64,000 nt of DNA from Terriglobia bacterium (GCA_963797725.1 CAWCQR010000009.1:206769-270768); one strand, 5' to 3'; counted from the first letter of the stretch, positions 1 to 9,767 are shown. The notes: a model not told the origin generated them from the letters alone. Translations and numbers: made by a program.

Positions 1-247
1 CTCCTCGGGAGGCGTTGACCTCAATGACCAGGACTATGTCGCTCACGCCGTAGAGAACGTGTTTCAAGACGAATGTTGGCCCGTAGCCGATGAGGTCTTT
101 GCATGCAAGGGTCACTGCATTTACGCCCTTCGCCTGCCCGGACATCAGGTTGGAACCGGGGAAGGACCAGACGACTCCTGGAGACACGATATTTCTTAAG
201 AGTTCCCAATCCTGTTTTTGCAGGCTCGACAGGAACGACTCGCCCAA
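1..247 (-). CDS. NTF2/SnoaL-like domain protein, partial (C-terminal part runs off the window start)
   Basis: Not in the supplied track because there is no stop inside the window. Hand translation of the minus strand downward from 280 gives VTESTWQDKKELGESFLSSLQKQDWELLRNIVSPGVVWSFPGSNLMSGQAKGVNAVTLACKDLIGYGPTFVLKHVLYGVSDIVLVIEVNASRG with no stop. An N-terminal helix followed by VVWxFPG and a GxxKG segment resembles SnoaL/NTF2-like folds. There is an in-frame TAG at 281-283, and the only candidate start is TTG at 245-247. Confidence 0.4.
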   Translation of the reverse strand, partial: MGESFLSSLQKQDWELLRNIVSPGVVWSFPGSNLMSGQAKGVNAVTLACKDLIGYGPTFVLKHVLYGVSDIVLVIEVNASRG

Positions 248-323
248 CTCTTTCTTATCTTGCCAAGTGGATTCCGTGACCTAATCTCCCAATCACATTT
301 GTGCGGATAAAGCCCGGTTCGAT

Positions 324-1136
324 TCAGCGCTTCACCGCAAAGAGACCTTGAAGGTTATCGTGGGCCATATAGTCCTGCGCCATTGGCTCCGAGGCACCAG
401 TCTCCAGAAAGGCCTTTGCCAACCGCGCGACGTGGTTCCAGATGACCTGCGGGATTCCCGAGCCCGAACTGAGACGATGGACTCCAAGCTTCTTCAATTC
501 GGCGGCGTCCGGTAACCCTGGCCACGCCATCAGATTGAGCGGCATATTGACCGCCGGCACGATTTCGGCAATCGGTTTAGGGTCAGAGAGTGCGGGAACG
601 AAAATTCCGTCCGCGCCAGCGGAACGGTAGACCTGCGCTCGCGCGATTGTCTCTTTAATGCGCTGACCTTCAGGCGCCAGCGATTGGAGATATACATCTG
701 TACGAGCATTCACGAAGACATCCACTCCCAGGGAAGCGATCGTCTTTTTGACATTTTCGATCTTTGCTGCCAGGACGTCGGTCGGATCTGTGCCGTCTTC
801 GATGTTGATGCCGGCAATTCCGGATCCGAGAATGCCTTTCAACTTCTCACCGACTGCTTTCGGATCGTGGGTGTATCCGGCTTCCACATCGACAGACAGC
901 GGAATGCGTACGATCCTCAAGATGTTGGAGATCAGGTTTTCAAGTTGTTTAACGGGCAACGCATTGCCATCGGGGTATCCAAGCGCCCATCCAACACCTG
1001 CGCTTGTTGTGGCAACCGCTTTCGCGCCGAGGCTCTCAACCAACCGCGCGCTGCCCGCATCCCATACGTTTGGAAGCAGCAACGGCCCCGAGGGATCTGA
1101 ATGCAGTTTGCGAAATACGATGGTCGCGTCGTTCAT
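324..1136 (-). CDS. isocitrate lyase/PEP mutase family protein (2-methylisocitrate lyase or carboxyvinyl-carboxyphosphonate phosphorylmutase-like)
   Basis: 270 aa ORF. LLLPNVWDAGSARLVESLGAKAVATTSAG and GINIEDG are the characteristic ICL/PEPM TIM-barrel motifs. Confidence 0.85.
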   Translation of the reverse strand: MNDATIVFRKLHSDPSGPLLLPNVWDAGSARLVESLGAKAVATTSAGVGWALGYPDGNALPVKQLENLISNILRIVRIPLSVDVEAGYTHDPKAVGEKLKGILGSGIAGINIEDGTDPTDVLAAKIENVKKTIASLGVDVFVNARTDVYLQSLAPEGQRIKETIARAQVYRSAGADGIFVPALSDPKPIAEIVPAVNMPLNLMAWPGLPDAAELKKLGVHRLSSGSGIPQVIWNHVARLAKAFLETGASEPMAQDYMAHDNLQGLFAVKR

Positions 1137-1220
1137 GTCTGCTCCATTGTCGGATGTTTAATTGATCCATCTGATGGCCCATTTCCGTGCCAATGTCAGT
1201 CCGGGCACGAAATGCCATCC

Positions 1221-2783
1221 TTATAGTTTCAGCTTGTCTTGGGCTGGCACCGCGCCGCCGACCGCCCAAAGGTGCTGCGCCGCGTACGCCCGCCATGGAC
1301 GCCACAGTTCAGCGCGGCCAAGCAACTGCGTCGCACTCATGGTAGTCCCGTCGAGGCTCACAGCACCGCGAAGAATCCCGATGTCGGTTACTGGAAAGGC
1401 ATCGGTTTGATGGAAGGCCCGAAGCGCAATGTATTGCGCCGTCCAATCGCCAACGCCCGGGATCGCGCGGAGCCGGGCGATAACTTCTTCACAAGACCCG
1501 GGTGATTCAAAAAAGCGAGGGTTGGCCGCCACTGTTTTGGCCAGAAGCCGGATGGTTTCCTTGCGGGAACGCGGCATACCCAACGCGCTCAAGTCCGACG
1601 ACGCCACGCGCTCTGCAGAGGGAAAAACATAGCTGAGGCTTTCATCGGAAAGAGCCTTTGATGGCCGATTGCATATCCTCACGAGCTTGCCGGCAAGCTG
1701 TCGTGCAGCTTCGACCGTGATTTGTTGGCCTAATATCGCGCGCATTGCCAGTTCAAATCCGTCCCAACCGCCCGGTGCACGCAGCCCGGGACGCTGCGCG
1801 ACCAGCCGGGCCAGCGCCGGGTCTCCCGACAGATGCACTCCGATACTGTTCACGTCCGCATAGACGTCAAACATGCGCCGTACCCGCAAAGCGATCGCTG
1901 ACAACGCGCGCACGGAAGGGAGTTGGAGTTTTACCGCGAGGCCGTGATGACCAGGGTTGTCGGCAACCTCGACAATGCCATCCGTGCCTTCAAACGAAAC
2001 CGTCCTTCGGTAGCGACCGTCCCTCACTTCTTCCACACCGTCGATCGCACGCGTTCCGAGGAAAGTCAGGAATGAGTTCCAGTCGTAAGGAGGCTGGTAG
2101 GCGACGTGCAAAGTAACGGCTCCATCCAAAGAGAATGCCGATTTCTTGTTCCGGCGTCGAAGCTCGGATGGAGGTCTGCGGTAGAGCTTCTGAAATGTAT
2201 CGTTGAAGCGTCTTACGCTGCCGAAGCCGGAAGCCATCGCGACGTTGCTCATCGACAGTTCGGTCTCATGGAGCAGTTGTTTAGCGAACAGTATGCGACG
2301 GGTCTGCGCCACCGTGGTTGGAGAGGCGCCCACATGCTCCTCAAACAGTCGCCGAAGATGTCTTTCGCCGATACCCAACCGATCTGCCAGTTGCTCAACA
2401 CTTGCCTGATCTTTATCCAGAAAACCTTCGGCGATGAGTGCCAGTGCGCGCGAGACTGTGTTCGATGTTCCACGCCAGCCGGCTACCTCAGGCGAGATTT
2501 CCGGGCGGCAACGCAGGCAAGCTCTGAAACCTGCCTCTTGCGCGGCAGCTGCGGTCCGAAAGAATCGGCAGTTTTCAAATTTGGCGGTCTTGGCAGGGCA
2601 AATCGGACGGCAATAAATTCCAGTCGACGTCACGCCTACGAACAAATGTCCGTCGAACCGCCGGTCGCGGGTTTGAAGAGCGCGATAACAGTTCGTTGGT
2701 TCCAGTAATTCCATACCATTTACTATGCCCGATTCGGTGCCCCGGGTCTGGCCAGTTTCGGACATGGTCATTTTCGAGGACAT
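1221..2783 (-). CDS. Ada-type Zn methylphosphotriester sensor / AraC HTH / AlkA DNA-3-methyladenine glycosylase II fusion
   Basis: 520 aa. N-terminal Cys cluster CYRALQTRDRRFDGHLFVGVTSTGIYCRPICPAK (Ada Zn-binding). AraC HTH region (GFGSVRRFNDTFQKLYRRPPSELRR). C-terminal HhH-GPD region (LRAIPGVGDWTAQYIALRAF, followed by an Asp in FPVTDIGI). Confidence 0.9.
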   Translation of the reverse strand: MSSKMTMSETGQTRGTESGIVNGMELLEPTNCYRALQTRDRRFDGHLFVGVTSTGIYCRPICPAKTAKFENCRFFRTAAAAQEAGFRACLRCRPEISPEVAGWRGTSNTVSRALALIAEGFLDKDQASVEQLADRLGIGERHLRRLFEEHVGASPTTVAQTRRILFAKQLLHETELSMSNVAMASGFGSVRRFNDTFQKLYRRPPSELRRRNKKSAFSLDGAVTLHVAYQPPYDWNSFLTFLGTRAIDGVEEVRDGRYRRTVSFEGTDGIVEVADNPGHHGLAVKLQLPSVRALSAIALRVRRMFDVYADVNSIGVHLSGDPALARLVAQRPGLRAPGGWDGFELAMRAILGQQITVEAARQLAGKLVRICNRPSKALSDESLSYVFPSAERVASSDLSALGMPRSRKETIRLLAKTVAANPRFFESPGSCEEVIARLRAIPGVGDWTAQYIALRAFHQTDAFPVTDIGILRGAVSLDGTTMSATQLLGRAELWRPWRAYAAQHLWAVGGAVPAQDKLKL

Positions 2784-2925
2784 CTCACGTATTAGACCCT
2801 AAAAAGGTCTTTGGGATTCGCGCAATCGTCATCTCTACCTCTGCTCTGCCAATCACGGTGCAGAGGCACTCCGCGGCCGGAAAAATCGCTGCGACGCTAG
2901 GGATACCCTATAATGACGCGCACGC

Positions 2926-5610
2926 ATGACCCTCACTTCTGGCGCAAAACTTGGGCCGTATGAAATCCAATCCGCCCTCGGAGCCGGCGGAATGGGCGAG
3001 GTTTATCGCGCCCGCGACACTCGCCTCGGCCGGGATGTTGCGATCAAAGTCCTGCCCCAGCACCTTTCCTCCAATCCCGAACTGAAAGAACGTTTCGAGC
3101 GCGAAGCCCGGGCCATTTCGTCACTGAATCATCCACGGATCTGCACGCTGTACGATGTCGGTCACCAGGACGGGGTTGATTTTCTGGTGATGGAATACCT
3201 GGAAGGAGAGTCGCTCGCGGAGCGGTTAAAAAAGGGTGCGCTGCCGCTGAAAGACTCGATGAAAATTGCACGGGATGTCTGTGAGGCGCTGGAGACAGCC
3301 CACAGAGCGGGAATTATCCACCGTGATCTGAAGCCGGCGAACATCATGATGACCAAAGCCGGTGCCAAGTTGATGGATTTTGGATTGGCGAAAGCAATGG
3401 TCGCGGGTGCCGGGACGGGTGCCTCGCAGGCACCGCTTCTCTCAGCGGCAAGGACCATGACCGAAGTCAGTCCTTTATCGCCGCTGACAACCGCGGGCGC
3501 AATCATTGGCACCATCCAGTACATGTCTCCGGAGCAGATTGAAGGCAAGGAAGCGGACGCGCGATCCGATCTGTTTGCATTGGGAGCGGTACTGTACGAA
3601 ATGGCGACCGGAACTCGTCCCTTCGAGGGCAAGAGCCAGATCAGCGTGGCCAGCGCGATTCTGGATAAAAATCCTGAACCCATCTCCGCAATCCAGCCGC
3701 TTACGCCGTTGCCGTTTGAGCGCGTCGTTAATGCCTGCCTGGCCAAGAATCCCGACGAACGCATTCAGACAGCCCACGACGTGAAGCTGCAGTTGGACTG
3801 GATCGCCGAAGCTGGGACGCAAGTTTCGAGCCTGCCCGAAACAAAAAGAAAAAGCCGGTCGCTCCTGGGCTCGCTCGTCGCCGCCGGACTCGCTGTTTTG
3901 CTGATCGCGGTTGCGATATGGTGGCGCAGTTCCAGAGCTCCCGATCAGACGACATATTTCTCCGCCCCGCTTCCGTTCGCTGCGCGAGATGTGACGGTAT
4001 CACCAAACGGCCACACAGTCGCACTGGTTGGATACCGGGAATCGGAACGAAAAAACATTCTCTGGATCTACGAACCGGGGTCACAGGAAGCAACCAGCCT
4101 TCCCAATACCGAGGGCGCCAACTACCCATTCTGGTCGCCAGATGGACGATCCGTCGGTTTTTTTGCGGACGGGAAACTCAAGAAATTGGACATCTCGGGG
4201 GGCCCGGTACAGACACTTTGCGACGCGCCGACTGGACGCGGCGGCGCCTGGAACAAAGATGGCGTAATCCTCTTCACCCCAAGTGGAATGCTGGGAACGG
4301 GACTGTATCGAATTCCGGCGACGGGCGGAACTCCTACACAAGTCACTACTCCGGATCGAGGCCAAGGAGAAGATAGCCACCGCTGGCCCGTATTCCTACC
4401 GGATGGAATCCATTATCTTTTCTTGGCAGTGAATCTCTCAGGGCAGAAGCAGCTCTACACAATTTTTGTGGGTTCGCTGAATTCAAACGAAAAGAAGTTC
4501 GTTACCAGGGCGAGAGCGAACGCGGCCTACGCCGCGCCCGGATACCTGCTTTTTTACCGGGACCAAACGCTCTTTGCGCAACATTTCGATTCCAAAAAGT
4601 TTGAGCTGACGGGAGAACCCACACCACTCCTAAATGACGTCCAATACTTGCCTCGAATTGCGAAGGCGGTGTTCGCGGCTACCGAAGCGGGTTTGCTGGT
4701 AGCCCAGAAGAGCGGAGAGACAGGCGTTTCCCAGCTGTTCTGGTTTGACAGAAAAGGACAACAGATCGGAACGGCTACAAAGCAGGGTACGTCCGCTCTG
4801 TACGGCAATATATTCCTGGCTCCAAATGGAAAGTCGATCGCCGCAGACACCACGGACCCCACAAGCCAGAACACGGATATTTGGACCTACGACCTCGAGA
4901 ACGGCAGCGCCAAGCGCCTCACATTCGATCCATCGATAGATACCATGTCGATCTGGAATCCGGAGTCCACCCAGTTAGTCTTCGCCTCAAACCGGAACCT
5001 TAAATTCGACTTGTACCTCAAGGATGCCAACGGAGGCCAGGATGAAAAACCTATGGCACCGGGCGGGGCGGACAGGTTTCCGACGGACTGGTCGCATGAC
5101 GGCAAATACATTCTCTTTGAGCAAGGGGCTGACTTATGGTTTTTGACTATGCCCGAGCAAAAGAGCAGCCTGTTTTTGAAGGCGCCTTCCTCGTTGAAGA
5201 TTGGCCGCTTCTCGCCCGATGGAAGATGGGTAGCGTATGCCTCGAATGAAAGCGGACGATGGGAAATTTACGTGACGTCCTTCCCGCAGGCACACGGAAA
5301 GTGGCAAATTTCCAACGGAGGAGGAGATCAGCCGAAATGGCGGGGTGACGGTAAAGAACTCTTCTACTTATCGCCGGAAGGCAGGATCATGGCGGCATCT
5401 GTGACTACTGGAGCAAATTTCGATGTGGGAGCGCCAACAACTCTTTTTCAGGCAAACGCCCGCGAAGGCGTCGCTACCTCGGAGCAGGTCAGCTATGACA
5501 TCGATAAAGACGGACAAAAATTTCTGATCAACACGCAGCTGAAGCAGGGAGAGACAATGCCGATGTCCGTCGTTTTAAATTGGCCTGCGAAGCTGAACGG
5601 GTCACGTTGA
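2926..5610 (+). CDS. Ser/Thr protein kinase with one TM segment and a C-terminal TolB/WD40-like beta-propeller
   Basis: 894 aa. GxGxxG (GAGGMGEVY), VAIK, HRDLKPANIM, DFG (MDFGLAK) and SPEQ motifs. TM segment LLGSLVAAGLAVLLIAVAIWW. Repeated WSPDGRSVGFF, WSHDGKYILF and FSPDGRWVAYAS propeller motifs. Confidence 0.9.
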   Translation: MTLTSGAKLGPYEIQSALGAGGMGEVYRARDTRLGRDVAIKVLPQHLSSNPELKERFEREARAISSLNHPRICTLYDVGHQDGVDFLVMEYLEGESLAERLKKGALPLKDSMKIARDVCEALETAHRAGIIHRDLKPANIMMTKAGAKLMDFGLAKAMVAGAGTGASQAPLLSAARTMTEVSPLSPLTTAGAIIGTIQYMSPEQIEGKEADARSDLFALGAVLYEMATGTRPFEGKSQISVASAILDKNPEPISAIQPLTPLPFERVVNACLAKNPDERIQTAHDVKLQLDWIAEAGTQVSSLPETKRKSRSLLGSLVAAGLAVLLIAVAIWWRSSRAPDQTTYFSAPLPFAARDVTVSPNGHTVALVGYRESERKNILWIYEPGSQEATSLPNTEGANYPFWSPDGRSVGFFADGKLKKLDISGGPVQTLCDAPTGRGGAWNKDGVILFTPSGMLGTGLYRIPATGGTPTQVTTPDRGQGEDSHRWPVFLPDGIHYLFLAVNLSGQKQLYTIFVGSLNSNEKKFVTRARANAAYAAPGYLLFYRDQTLFAQHFDSKKFELTGEPTPLLNDVQYLPRIAKAVFAATEAGLLVAQKSGETGVSQLFWFDRKGQQIGTATKQGTSALYGNIFLAPNGKSIAADTTDPTSQNTDIWTYDLENGSAKRLTFDPSIDTMSIWNPESTQLVFASNRNLKFDLYLKDANGGQDEKPMAPGGADRFPTDWSHDGKYILFEQGADLWFLTMPEQKSSLFLKAPSSLKIGRFSPDGRWVAYASNESGRWEIYVTSFPQAHGKWQISNGGGDQPKWRGDGKELFYLSPEGRIMAASVTTGANFDVGAPTTLFQANAREGVATSEQVSYDIDKDGQKFLINTQLKQGETMPMSVVLNWPAKLNGSR

Positions 5611-5630
5611 CTTAGACCTAAATCTGCAGC

Positions 5631-6044
5631 CTAACGTCCAGTTCCGCTTTTTATTTCGATCTCCGCTACCCGTGCCTTCACCAGTTTCTTAATCAGTGCC
5701 GCCGGCAATGGCTTGTCAACAGGGAAGTGGATGGTTCCTTTGGATGTGGAGAAGCCCTTGAGTTCCTTCTTGAACGACTCGATCACAGAGGCAGTAGGAA
5801 ACAAACTGCAATGGTTGGAAAACGCGGCGAACCACACCAAATACCGTTTGTACTTGAATGTGGGCATCCCATAGCTGATGGCTTCGGTAGCCTCGCGCGG
5901 CGCGGCATCTCGAACTGCCGCACGGATTTTAGTGAGGGTAGAGCGGGCGGGTTCCGGGACACCGGCCAAATATTCGTCGACGGTTTGTGGAGAGGCCTTG
6001 CTCTTTGCGGAGGAACTGCGATTTCCAGATTTTACTTTCTTCAT
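5631..6044 (-). CDS. DUF1801 (YdhG-like) domain protein
   Basis: 137 aa. VDEYLAGVPEPARSTLTKIRAAVRDAAPREATEAISYGMPTF is the typical DUF1801 pattern. Confidence 0.8.
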   Translation of the reverse strand: MKKVKSGNRSSSAKSKASPQTVDEYLAGVPEPARSTLTKIRAAVRDAAPREATEAISYGMPTFKYKRYLVWFAAFSNHCSLFPTASVIESFKKELKGFSTSKGTIHFPVDKPLPAALIKKLVKARVAEIEIKSGTGR

Positions 6045-6135
6045 GCAGCGCCCCTGGTACAGAAGATTTCAACACCAAGTCTATCGTTTCTTACAGCGCA
6101 GCGCGGACTCTGGGTGTCATCCCACGCGTGCGAGC

Positions 6136-7470
6136 CTATCGCGAAGTACCCAGAATTTCGGCGGCAGCGCGGAGGCCGCTCGCGATCGCTGCATGTACGG
6201 TCCCATTGTTTCCCGTAACGTCGGTGGCTTCGCCGGCAAAATAAAGCGTGTTCTCCACCTGACTCCCCAGCGCCTTTTGAAGGCCGTCTGAGCCGACCGT
6301 GCCATAGCTGTAGGCGCCTCGTGAATAAGGATCGTTCTGCCAATCGTGGAAATAGGCTGCTTCCAGCTGGTCCTCGAGCTCGGATGTGCTCGTGCTCAGG
6401 GCACGGCTGAGTGCTTTCAGTGCCTGGCCGATCACAAACTCAGAGTTCTTTCCGGACAGTTTCTCGGCGCAACGAAAGGGCGCCCAGCCCGTGATGACAG
6501 GCGAGCGATCAGGCATGGACGTCCACCATGTCGGAAACCAATCATCTTGTGTGAACAGGAAACCCAGGTTCGAGAGCGTCTTCGAGTTTCCGTCGGGCGC
6601 AATGTTTTCCCAGAAGCGGTTTCGAAACCGCAGGGTAATTCTTATCACTTCGCCCATGGCCAGCTTTTTAATTGCGTCGATCTTGTGCGTTGGCAATGAG
6701 GGGATAAACTGCACGGCTCCTGCCGTGCCGGGCGCCGTTCGCAGCACACCAAGCGGTAATGTAACGAGTGCGCGTTGAGCTGCGAGCTTGAACGACCCGA
6801 TAGCGTTCGTGCCAGTTATCTCGACGTTCCTCTTCGTCCAGCGTATGGTATCGACGACCGCGCCCGTCCGCACCGACACGCCTGCATCTGAAATCTGCCG
6901 TCGAAAGATGTTGATCAAATCTTCGTAACCATTTCTCGACCGGAAGGCTCGATCCCCGTCGATCTGCTCTTCAGCGTGCATGCTTTTGACCAGCCAGTGA
7001 ACGCTTACCAGATCGGGGTCAGCGGCGTTGAAGCCAGTCACGTAATCCAGGGCTCGCTGTTTCGCCTCCGCAGTGACCTTTGGGTCCGCGCAGCATCTGT
7101 TCAAGAAACTTAAAAAAGATTCGTCGGGCCTTTGATCATCCATTTTCTGCAGGATGTCCTCGACTTCAGAGAAGAAGTCGCATGGCAAAAGCGAGCCATC
7201 GCGGTTACACCAGCTATCGCCCTCAACCTCGGAAATTTCGGCATGGTTGTTCTCAAGAACTTCCCAGATCTCAGGCGGGCGCCCGTGGATAAATTCCGCT
7301 CCAAGTTCGACCGGAATCTGAGAGGCGGAATCCCTTTGGGTGAACATTCTCCCACCAATTCGTTCTCGCGCTTCAACGACCAGAGTGGAAACGCCGGCAG
7401 CGCCGAGGCGAATCGCGGCTGTTAAACCTGCAGCGCCGGCGCCGATTACGATCATGTCAAAGGTTTCCAT
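6136..7470 (-). CDS. FAD-dependent amine oxidase family oxidoreductase
   Basis: 444 aa. N-terminal dinucleotide fold MIVIGAGAAGLTAAIRL...VVEARERIGGR and C-terminal LYFAGEAT, typical of flavin amine oxidases. Confidence 0.85.
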   Translation of the reverse strand: METFDMIVIGAGAAGLTAAIRLGAAGVSTLVVEARERIGGRMFTQRDSASQIPVELGAEFIHGRPPEIWEVLENNHAEISEVEGDSWCNRDGSLLPCDFFSEVEDILQKMDDQRPDESFLSFLNRCCADPKVTAEAKQRALDYVTGFNAADPDLVSVHWLVKSMHAEEQIDGDRAFRSRNGYEDLINIFRRQISDAGVSVRTGAVVDTIRWTKRNVEITGTNAIGSFKLAAQRALVTLPLGVLRTAPGTAGAVQFIPSLPTHKIDAIKKLAMGEVIRITLRFRNRFWENIAPDGNSKTLSNLGFLFTQDDWFPTWWTSMPDRSPVITGWAPFRCAEKLSGKNSEFVIGQALKALSRALSTSTSELEDQLEAAYFHDWQNDPYSRGAYSYGTVGSDGLQKALGSQVENTLYFAGEATDVTGNNGTVHAAIASGLRAAAEILGTSR

Positions 7471-7511
7471 GGCGAAGTCGTCTTGTGTGGTTTTTGTGAG
7501 AGCCCCGAAGT

Positions 7512-8198
7512 CTATTCTTCCGAAATCCCCAAGTCTTCAATATGCAACAGCATGTCGGCAGGATCAGCATACACACGGAAAGCACCGCTGCCCTCCAGTT
7601 CTTCCCGGCTGTAACCGCCAGAAAGAAGTCCCACACCAAGAGCGCGTCTTCGCCCTGCCGCGAGGATGTCCCACACACTGTCTCCGACCACGATGCAGTC
7701 TTCAATCGGCACATTCACGCGAGCGGCGGCCAAGACGAAGATGTCCGGAGATGGTTTTGCCTTGGCAACATCGTCACCGGTAACGACCGGGACGCCCGGT
7801 GGAATTTCGAGGCGCTTCAGAAAACGATTCGTCTGTTTGCGGCTTCCCGTCGTAGCGATCGCCCATCGAATACCGCGCCGACTGAGAAATGCCAACAGGT
7901 CATTCGTTCCGGGTAGCAATGCGATTTGCGGACTTAGTTTTACAAATTCAGAGTCGTGCTTCTCTTCAAGACGGGCATGGTCGATTTGTCGACCAGGGGA
8001 TTTCACCTCGCGCAAAAGTTGCCGCACGAGAGATTTTCCGCTCATGCCGATGCGCCGGTGAATCTTCCAGGTCGGCAGAATAATGCGTTGGTTCCGTAAA
8101 GACGCAGACCATGCGGCCACGTGCTCGTAGACGGTATCGACGAGCGTGCCGTCCAGATCGAACAGAATTGCCGGATCGCTCTTGGAGCGTCGCTTCAT
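7512..8198 (-). CDS. HAD-superfamily hydrolase (phosphatase / beta-phosphoglucomutase-like)
   Basis: 228 aa. HAD motif I ILFDLDGTLVDT and motif IV VVGDSVWD. Confidence 0.85.
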   Translation of the reverse strand: MKRRSKSDPAILFDLDGTLVDTVYEHVAAWSASLRNQRIILPTWKIHRRIGMSGKSLVRQLLREVKSPGRQIDHARLEEKHDSEFVKLSPQIALLPGTNDLLAFLSRRGIRWAIATTGSRKQTNRFLKRLEIPPGVPVVTGDDVAKAKPSPDIFVLAAARVNVPIEDCIVVGDSVWDILAAGRRRALGVGLLSGGYSREELEGSGAFRVYADPADMLLHIEDLGISEE

Positions 8199-8274
8199 AG
8201 AAGGTGAAGATGCCGATTCTGAGAGTGGGGCTGCACGGTGCTAATGCGCTTCCGCCCTGCGTCCGGAGAAGCAT

Positions 8275-9153
8275 TTACAAAGCTGACAGGCGTTTCCGCA
8301 GCGTTGTGGCATCAAAGGGCGCTCGAACCTTCTGATCGTTGTCAAAATATACGTAGATGTCGCGACTACTTCGCCTCGGCGCGTCCCGCGGGCTGGCTCT
8401 GCGTCCGTCTCTTACTTCACAGCCTTTGGCCCATGTTGCTATCCGTTGGGCCCAAACGTCCAGCGCCTTATTGCCGTAACCACTGGCATACAACTCCTTG
8501 TCACCGTGCAGCCGGCAGTAGACAAAATCAGCGGTTACGTCCATTAGGAGAGGCCACTCAACCGTGTCAGCCACTACGAGGGCGATTCGATGGCGGCGCA
8601 GTAAATCGACGAATGTCTCCGAAACAAAGCTCTCGTGCCTTATTTCGACGGCATATCGCATACGCGCATCTCGCCCGGATGGCAGCCAAGTCCGGTCTTG
8701 AAGACGTTCGTCGTGCCGTCGAGCTAGCTTGGCGGCCGCATGCCGGGTCTTGGGCAGCAGCGAAAAAAACTGTTCCAACCGATCAGCATCGAACTTAAAC
8801 GTTGGCGGGAATTGCCACAGGATCGGTCCCAACTTGTTTTCCAACCCAAGCAAACCTTGCGCGAAGAAATTCGCCAGGGGGGTTTCAACGTTTTGCAGGC
8901 GAAGCATGTGGGTGATATACCGGGAGCCCTTTACTGCGAACTCAAAATTCTTTGGGGTATCAGCCGCCCACTGAGCGAAGTTTTGCGGACGTTGGAGGGA
9001 GTAGAAAGACCCGTTCAATTCGATCGAATTAAACTGCCGTGACGCGTATTCCAGTTCACGGCGATGCGCCAGCTTCTTGGGATAAAAGACGCCGCGCCAT
9101 CCTTTATATCTCCATCCCGAGATTCCAATTCGCACGTCACCGAGCGATTTCAT
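8275..9153 (-). CDS. DUF72 family protein
   Basis: 292 aa. N-terminal IGISGWRYKGWRGVFYP and overall length typical of DUF72. Confidence 0.85.
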   Translation of the reverse strand: MKSLGDVRIGISGWRYKGWRGVFYPKKLAHRRELEYASRQFNSIELNGSFYSLQRPQNFAQWAADTPKNFEFAVKGSRYITHMLRLQNVETPLANFFAQGLLGLENKLGPILWQFPPTFKFDADRLEQFFSLLPKTRHAAAKLARRHDERLQDRTWLPSGRDARMRYAVEIRHESFVSETFVDLLRRHRIALVVADTVEWPLLMDVTADFVYCRLHGDKELYASGYGNKALDVWAQRIATWAKGCEVRDGRRASPRDAPRRSSRDIYVYFDNDQKVRAPFDATTLRKRLSAL

Positions 9154-9288
9154 GCGGGGACTTCAAGCTAACGGGACAATAGGTGATTCTTGCGGAAGCC
9201 AGTGCGGGCAGGTATCCGGTTTTGGGTAGTCTGAGATCAGTGACAGGCCTGTGCGTTATGCGGAGAATCGAGGGAGCGTTTCGGTCCT

Positions 9289-9564
9289 TCAGGCAGCCTT
9301 GTCGTCCGAATGGCCGGTTGGCTCTTCCCCAACACACGCCCACAATAACTTCTGCCAGCCCAGGCTCCGCTCCAACCAGCGAGCGACCTCGGTATTGCGC
9401 TTTACGTGGCTGCTTAGCTGCGCGGGCGAGAGCTGCCACCAGGTATGTTCCGGTTCAAACCCGTCGCTCAAGACCCGGGCTTCAACCCGTCCATCGTTAA
9501 TCCGATATTCCTGTGCCAAAGAGCGGCTAGTGGATTCAAGAAGACGCGTGTCTGCCGACACCAT
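9289..9564 (-). CDS. small hypothetical protein (91 aa)
   Basis: ATG preceded by a perfect AGGAGG 6 nt upstream (minus strand, plus-strand cctcct at 9571-9576). Balanced amino-acid composition. No family recognised. Confidence 0.45.
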   Translation of the reverse strand: MVSADTRLLESTSRSLAQEYRINDGRVEARVLSDGFEPEHTWWQLSPAQLSSHVKRNTEVARWLERSLGWQKLLWACVGEEPTGHSDDKAA

Positions 9565-9767
9565 AAAACACCTCCTAAGCCATCCTTAGGATTGCGCAAA
9601 GGCGGGCGTCCTGGCCATACCGCTAAATCCGGAGAGCACTTACGAAAATCGTGTATTCAGGGACAGGAAACCATCAAACAGGGCAGAATTCCAAGCGGGA
9701 ACGGACGGTGGATGGGCGAATCAGGCATAATTTGGACGCCGTTCGTTTCTGAACGGCGTCTCCTCAA

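Noticed and set aside
21-284. Track ORFs 21-209 (-) and 90-284 (+)
   Set aside because: Arg/Cys/Ser-rich, low-complexity translations. A third frame on the minus strand gives a convincing NTF2-like sequence, so these are shadow ORFs.
2106-2708. 200-aa ORF on the plus strand
   Set aside because: Entirely antisense to the well-supported Ada-AlkA gene. Arg/Ser-rich composition typical of GC-rich shadow frames.
3162-3764. 200-aa ORF on the minus strand
   Set aside because: Antisense to the kinase catalytic domain. No ribosome-binding site and no recognisable motifs.
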